Below, in pieces: positions 27,197 to 32,000 of a DNA stretch of 32,000 nt. The notes beneath the pieces were generated by a model. The model saw only the letters and a list, made by a program, of their open reading frames with translations. It ran no database searches and was not told the DNA's origin. Origin of the DNA: Microcoleaceae cyanobacterium (GTDB lineage: Bacteria > Cyanobacteriota > Cyanobacteriia > Cyanobacteriales > Microcoleaceae); assembly GCA_049647265.1 (NCBI GenBank), contig JBARXJ010000061.1, forward strand, positions 103,585-135,584, given 5' to 3'. How positions within the stretch are numbered: position 1 is the first letter of the stretch; every line of letters starts with the position of its first letter. The position numbers and the translations under genes were made by a program.

Positions 27197-27670
27197 ATGA
27201 AAACTCAAAGACCATCCGTTTCAGCAACTGCTAATTTTTATGAACAGGATTATTATCTCTGGCTACAGCATACGCTAACACTCCTTCGAGAACATCAATT
27301 CTCTGAGTTAGACATCCCTCACTTAATTGAAGAAATGGAAGATATGGGACGGAGTGAAAAACGTGCAGTTGAAAGTAACCTGGTTGTTATTTTAATGCAT
27401 TTACTGAAATATCAATATCAACCCCAAAAACGCAGTAATAGCTGGAAAGCGAGTATCAGAGAACATCGACGGAGATTGAGAAAACTGTTAAAAGACAGTC
27501 CCAGCCTAAAGCCATATTTTCAAGACGTATTTCACGAATGTTATCAAGATGCAAGAGAACAAGCCAGTGATGAGACAGGTTTATCCTTAAAGACATTTCC
27601 AATAGAATCTCCGTTTACGCCAGAGGAGACGATGAACCGAGACTATTTACCTGATGATAATACAAACTAG
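27197..27670 (+). CDS. DUF29 domain protein
   Basis: YEQDYYLWLQHTLTLLREHQFSELDIPHLIEEMEDMGRSEKRAVESNL is the characteristic DUF29 opening. Confidence 0.8.
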   Translation: MKTQRPSVSATANFYEQDYYLWLQHTLTLLREHQFSELDIPHLIEEMEDMGRSEKRAVESNLVVILMHLLKYQYQPQKRSNSWKASIREHRRRLRKLLKDSPSLKPYFQDVFHECYQDAREQASDETGLSLKTFPIESPFTPEETMNRDYLPDDNTN

Positions 27671-28242
27671 AATCGCTAAATAATTCAATTCAATGGCATT
27701 TTCGGCTTAATTTAGGAAAAAGTTTGCCAATGATAATCTTTGAAGCCTTAGTGATCGGATTTTTACCTACCTATGCATATCACCCAGAACTTGTCAAGTC
27801 TAGCACACCAGGTCTGATAGAACAGCTTCAAAACTCGTGCAATTGCGGGTTCAAATAATTGTCAAGGTTTCTAGATATTTTACGAATTTTGGGGGGTTTG
27901 AGGGTCGTTAATTTACATCAAGACACACGACCCCCTCAACGACTAGAATAGCATACAGCTTGAAACAACGCAACCTCGTTTCTTATTGCGAATTATTCTT
28001 AGGCAAAAATCATCAAATTTCCGGGTATTGATTAAAATTTTCAAGATAAAACTCAAATAACATGATCTCAACTTATATTTAAGTCTGATGCCATTATGAT
28101 CGCACCGAGATGATTTGATTTGCGATCGCGCGCGTGTGGCGGTAGCTATATCGCTATCTTCAGTCCCAGAACTTTATACCTGATGAGATACTCCTTTGAT
28201 TCTTCCATTGTTGACGAACCTTTTTTCAGGCTAATATCATTT

Positions 28243-28296
28243 TTGTCAAGTATAAATAACCGAATACTTTAGGTACGGTAAGCCGAATAACTAACA
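28243..28296 (+). repeat. Promoter-like module copy 1 (TTGTCA-N16-TACTTT; CCGAATA half-sites 23 bp apart)
   Basis: TTGTCAAGTATAAATAACCGAATACTTTAGGTACGGTAAGCCGAATAACTAAC, aligned by eye to copies 2 and 3. Confidence 0.6.
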
Positions 28297-28526
28297 GAGA
28301 TTATCGGGGTGATTGCGATCGCCACTCTCACAAAGGCAATATATAGGATAAAAATAGCAACCACTAAATCATACGGACAGTTTCTATTTGTACAACCCAA
28401 CAATTCAGGCTTGGACTTGTTTAATGATGACACTGATGGATGCGATACGGCTAACGCCACGCGACCCGATGCCGAATTGCGGCGGCTACGCCATCGCACT
28501 TATTGTATATACAGTCAATTTATTTA

Positions 28527-28579
28527 TTGTCAAGTAGAAATAACCGAATAGTATTGCTACGGTAAACCGAACTAACCAT
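28527..28579 (+). repeat. Promoter-like module copy 2 (TTGTCA-N16-TAGTAT)
   Basis: TTGTCAAGTAGAAATAACCGAATAGTATTGCTACGGTAAACCGAACTAACC, roughly 85 percent identical to copy 1 by eye. Confidence 0.6.
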
Positions 28580-28628
28580 AGCCCTCAGACGTTAATTCTG
28601 GATTATTCTCTTTTAGTCATATTGAATT

Positions 28629-28919
28629 TTATTTTGATTGAATTATCGGTATTTCTAATAACTCTTTTAATGATAAAGTAGAGGGACGATGAGCATCAAG
28701 AGTTTGTTGAAGTTCTTCGTAGGAATATCCCATTTTAGTAATCGTATCTTCCCCCAAAATCGTTAAATAATCATTGACGAGTTGCCAGATTTGAGGGTCT
28801 TTAAGAGAGTGTTTCCAATGAGCTGAGTGTTGGGGATTGGGTTTAGTGTTTACGGATATTTCTATTCTTATTAATGTGTCAAGTCCAAATAACCAAATAC
28901 CTTCGATACTATAAACCAA
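28629..28919 (-). CDS. Doubtful small ORF (hypothetical; possibly non-coding or a gene remnant)
   Basis: The start is TTG, and the first ~24 codons are encoded by repeat module copy 3. The only in-frame ATG leaves 34 aa. I recognise no family. Confidence 0.25.
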   Translation of the reverse strand: MVYSIEGIWLFGLDTLIRIEISVNTKPNPQHSAHWKHSLKDPQIWQLVNDYLTILGEDTITKMGYSYEELQQTLDAHRPSTLSLKELLEIPIIQSK

Positions 28920-28925
28920 ATATTT
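28876..28925 (+). repeat. Promoter-like module copy 3, diverged (GTGTCA-N16-TACCTT; both half-sites CCAAATA)
   Basis: GTGTCAAGTCCAAATAACCAAATACCTTCGATACTATAAACCAAATATTT. It overlaps the putative TTG start of ORF 28629-28919. Confidence 0.5.
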
Positions 28926-28949
28926 TCAAGATTGTATAGTTTTAGATTA

Positions 28950-30053
28950 TTACTTTATATCTATTTTGATAGTGTTCATAAATTGCTTGAGTGCGGTTAA
29001 TTTAATTTGAAATTGATCGGCAATTTCTTCTAAAGGCTTTTGGCTGAGGTCTTGGTACTTCTGTTTCATACCAGATGCATCAATGAGCCATTGTGCTAGC
29101 TTCCCATCTGTGTTGCACCAGAGTAATTCTAAACCGTCACTAAGTTGATGAACCGCAAGAAATCGATAAATCCAGGGAAAGCGATCGCGAGTAACATGAC
29201 CTTTGTTGTCTTTTAGATACAGAGGCGGTTGACTTTCAAATTCTAGGATATAGCCATATTGACCAGAGATGAGGTTGATATTGGATTTGCAGAGAAGAGA
29301 CTGATTGGTTTGAGGAAGTTTGCTTAACTTCTCCAGCATTTGGAGTCTACTAAATCGCTTTTGGAAGTGACGAGGATGGTAAATATCGGAGATAAGGGAG
29401 AGGGTTTGGTTGTGTTGTTGGAATTGATTGAAGTGGGGATGGCTCGGCTTAACAAACAGGAAGGTATTTTGAGCATACCAAAATTCAACTTTGGGGGAGT
29501 TCCAGAATACGGGGCGAAACAGATCAAGGCAGTGGTAGCCATGACTCTCAAATAGTGAAATCCAGTAACTCTGGGGTTGTGTATTGATATGGTTGGTTCC
29601 AGCTTGACCCGGAATAGCAGCACCAAAGATAATCAGATCGGAGGCTTGACACATCTCTTGGATGAAAGATTCGCCTCGTTGAGGGGTAAGGTGTTCAGCA
29701 ACTTCCAGGCTAAGGGCGAGATCGAAGTTTCGATCTAGGGAAATGGGTTGTTCTAAATCTTGTAGGTGGTAGTTGATGACCTCTGGGTTGAATTTTTCTG
29801 AGTCGATCCAAAGACCATCAATGCCCAGGAGATCTTGAATGCCGAGGGAGTGAGCGATCGCTAACCAGGTTCCAATGCCACAACCAAAGTCAACCACAGA
29901 GTTAGGTTGATAAAGTTTAAAGAAGTAGCCTAATATTTCTTTAGCACTATTTAAGGAGCCGTCTGATTGAGCATTGTAAAAAGCTTTATTGTATTGATTT
30001 TCAACGTAAGTCATTCTTTGGAGTTGTTTTCTATCACTTTTATGTAAATTCAT
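28950..30053 (-). CDS. Class I SAM-dependent methyltransferase with a ~150-aa C-terminal domain of unknown function
   Basis: Motif I VVDFGCGIGTW and post-motif LSLEVAEHL. I do not recognise the C-terminal half. Confidence 0.8.
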   Translation of the reverse strand: MNLHKSDRKQLQRMTYVENQYNKAFYNAQSDGSLNSAKEILGYFFKLYQPNSVVDFGCGIGTWLAIAHSLGIQDLLGIDGLWIDSEKFNPEVINYHLQDLEQPISLDRNFDLALSLEVAEHLTPQRGESFIQEMCQASDLIIFGAAIPGQAGTNHINTQPQSYWISLFESHGYHCLDLFRPVFWNSPKVEFWYAQNTFLFVKPSHPHFNQFQQHNQTLSLISDIYHPRHFQKRFSRLQMLEKLSKLPQTNQSLLCKSNINLISGQYGYILEFESQPPLYLKDNKGHVTRDRFPWIYRFLAVHQLSDGLELLWCNTDGKLAQWLIDASGMKQKYQDLSQKPLEEIADQFQIKLTALKQFMNTIKIDIK

Positions 30054-30138
30054 TTATATACAAACAGTTAAGCAACCACATATTTTTGACTATTCTTAAT
30101 CAGTTTTATAGTTAAGCTATAGGATCATTTAAGCTCAA

Positions 30139-30891
30139 TTAATCAAACTCCCACTCTTTTAAATCTCTACCTATTAAGGTTCTTAGGATTTCATTATATG
30201 GCTTGTAGAAATCAATTAAGCGGTCAACAGTTTTATCTTCAATATGTATATCGCTCCATGCTTTTCTGGAAAGTTTTCCATCTAACCTAACATTCCAACC
30301 ATCATTAGTAATAAAGCTTGTATCATTTGAAACTTCAATAAAATCAAATATAGATGAGTATATGTAGTGAGAATCGTATAATAAATCTTCAAATATAATA
30401 ATTTTGAGGTTATTTTTATTAAATAAATTAATAACGTTCTTTATCTGACAAGAATATATACCTCGCTGTAACACACCATCACTTCTTTCCATCAAGCCAT
30501 TTTCAACATCCTTAATATCTCTGTCTATTATACTATCTAAACTTCTCTTAGAATTTGGAGTTGAAGTTTTGATAGCTTTCACGTATTGAGATATTGCTCT
30601 TGTTACAGGCTCCCGTAAGATAGCTATTAGTTTGATATCAGGTAAAGTTGCATGTATATTTTTCAAAGCTTGACTCTTGTACATATACATAGGACATTTT
30701 TCACCTATTACTTCTTTATGTGATTTAAAATGAGATAAGTACCAATCAAGGCCCTTATCATAATTCTTGGGTTGAAAGAAACAGATTTCCCCATCATAAA
30801 TTTCTATGGATGGATGAAGGTTTAAGTTCTTTCTAAGAGCTGTTGTTCCTGATCTTTGAGCACCAATGATTAGAAAAGTCGGTAATTTCAT
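30139..30891 (-). CDS. PAPS-dependent sulfotransferase
   Basis: 5'-PSB loop FLIIGAQRSGTTAL and 3'-PB motif ILREPVTRAISQY. Confidence 0.85.
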   Translation of the reverse strand: MKLPTFLIIGAQRSGTTALRKNLNLHPSIEIYDGEICFFQPKNYDKGLDWYLSHFKSHKEVIGEKCPMYMYKSQALKNIHATLPDIKLIAILREPVTRAISQYVKAIKTSTPNSKRSLDSIIDRDIKDVENGLMERSDGVLQRGIYSCQIKNVINLFNKNNLKIIIFEDLLYDSHYIYSSIFDFIEVSNDTSFITNDGWNVRLDGKLSRKAWSDIHIEDKTVDRLIDFYKPYNEILRTLIGRDLKEWEFD

Positions 30892-30974
30892 AATAATGTC
30901 CTCTTACAAAAAAACTGAATAATACTATTGATTAGTAGCCTTTAGGTCATCAGACTCGATCAGAACTAACTAAG

Positions 30975-32000
30975 CTATCTACTTTTGTTTAACATTTCCA
31001 ATGCCCTCTTAAAATCAAGATGCACTTGCGGGTGTAAGTTATCTTTAAGCTGAGTTGCCTTTTCATAGCAAGCTACAGCTTCCTCAAACTTTGCCTGTTT
31101 ACTCAAAGCATTCGCCAACTTAACGTATAGTCCAGCTCGACTTGGATCGCATGTAATTGCTTGTTGATAGAGTTTAATCGCTTCATCAACTTTTCCTTGA
31201 CGTTCATAAAGTGAACCGAGTTCTCTCAAAGCAGGAATTGACTTTGGATCTTCAGCCAGTATAGTTTGATATAGTGCCACTGCTTCCTTTAAATTTCCCT
31301 GTTTCTTAAGTTCATCAGCTCTTTCTATGAGATTTTGAATACTTTCCTGATTCTGATGAACACCCTGTACTAAATTAGGATCTACTTCTTCAAAAGAAAT
31401 TTTGTAGTTTGGGAATTCTTGCTGTACCCTCAATATATTCGGAATCTGACTATATACTTTTGAACTATTTTGTTTCTGATTCACCAGTTCATTGTACAAA
31501 ACATCGTGGTTCTCATCAATTTTACTCTGAGAAATATCTAAGAATTGACACATACGATTAAAGTGACTAAATCTACTTTCTTCACTGCCCTTATAGAGTT
31601 GCTCATGAGATATCTCCATCCATTTAAGTTGCTTCTGCACTAAAAGTTCTCTATTTTTGACAAGAGATGCCTCATACTTGTCACAGTTTTTTCTCATCCT
31701 CTGCAAATTAAGTGGAGAGAATTCCCGCTTCTCATAGTTGGAAATATTACCTATCTGACCTCTACCCCATACCTTCGTTTGATAGGCTAACTCAAGGGAT
31801 ATGAGCATTTCGAGAACGTTCTCTCTCGTCAGCAGAATAAATCTGTAACCCTCTTGCTTAGCAAAGTTTAGAATCATATTATTGAACTTAGGCTTATGCA
31901 ATTCCCAACAATGCTTAATACAGTAATGCTTTCCTCTAATTTTCTCAAAACGTTGTAAAAGCTTTTCTTCTTCGTTATCATAACCCAGTATTCTATCAGC
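30975..32000 (-). CDS. Sulfotransferase-like (NodH/Stf0-like) domain fused to C-terminal TPR repeats (N-terminus beyond window end)
   Basis: The frame stays open upstream of the tracked ATG 31901 (own translation ADRILGYDNEEEKLLQRFEKIRGKHYCIKHCWELHKPKF...). RFILLTRENVLEMLISLELAY is 3'-PB-like. The C-terminus has 3-4 TPRs (GNLKEAVALYQTIL..., GKVDEAIKLYQQAI..., AKFEEAVACYEKAT...). Confidence 0.7.
   Translation of the reverse strand, partial: ADRILGYDNEEEKLLQRFEKIRGKHYCIKHCWELHKPKFNNMILNFAKQEGYRFILLTRENVLEMLISLELAYQTKVWGRGQIGNISNYEKREFSPLNLQRMRKNCDKYEASLVKNRELLVQKQLKWMEISHEQLYKGSEESRFSHFNRMCQFLDISQSKIDENHDVLYNELVNQKQNSSKVYSQIPNILRVQQEFPNYKISFEEVDPNLVQGVHQNQESIQNLIERADELKKQGNLKEAVALYQTILAEDPKSIPALRELGSLYERQGKVDEAIKLYQQAITCDPSRAGLYVKLANALSKQAKFEEAVACYEKATQLKDNLHPQVHLDFKRALEMLNKSR

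Larger units (their letters stand above)
22261..32000. mobile_element. Putative plasmid-derived / horizontally acquired segment (left edge approximate, right edge outside window)
   Basis: It contains a plasmid-type replication gene and accessory gene content, and is visibly more AT-rich than the core part. No integrase, att repeats or tRNA target were identified. Confidence 0.3.

Noticed and set aside
28180-28230. CUGAUGAG at 28180-28187 as a possible hammerhead ribozyme core (also briefly considered as the 3' half of a fluoride riboswitch)
   Set aside because: The sequence after CUGAUGA cannot form stem II with the bases preceding the only GAA(C) candidate (gacgaacc), and there is no GAAA box. 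The upstream GGnGAUG-like partner is about 80 nt away, too far for a crcB motif.
28269-28551. ORFs 28269-28499 (minus, 76 aa) and 28309-28551 (plus, 80 aa) in the coding desert
   Set aside because: They are mutually antisense and open mainly because of a GC-rich, stop-poor stretch (28440-28500). They run through repeat modules and HIP1, have implausible composition and no motifs. I treat the region as non-coding.

Overview
Cyanobacterial chromosomal segment. This rests on 20 hand-located copies of the HIP1 octamer GCGATCGC, heptamer tandem arrays, and Uma2/DUF29 gene families.

The left two thirds (1-22.3 kb) is mostly housekeeping: a Ski2-like helicase (partial), thrB, TPP riboswitch plus thiC, Omp85/BamA, isoaspartyl peptidase and msrB. 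Between thrB and thiC sits a 5.7-kb accessory islet containing:
- a STAND NB-ARC/TPR (NLR-like) NTPase whose effector-like N-terminal module is cut off by one in-frame TGA;
- a tightly coupled DUF6883-like/DUF4926-like pair;
- a hybrid-antitoxin/YoeB module;
- a secreted two-lobed retropepsin-like protease.

The right third (22.4-32 kb) looks plasmid-derived or horizontally acquired:
- a CyRepA1-type Toprim-helicase replication protein;
- two Uma2 nucleases and a DUF29 protein;
- a coding desert of about 1.2 kb with three copies of a roughly 50-nt promoter-like module;
- an AT-rich methyltransferase plus two sulfotransferase genes.

I recognised no rRNA, tRNA, CRISPR array or transposase. All family names come from motif recognition by eye and memory, not from database searches.
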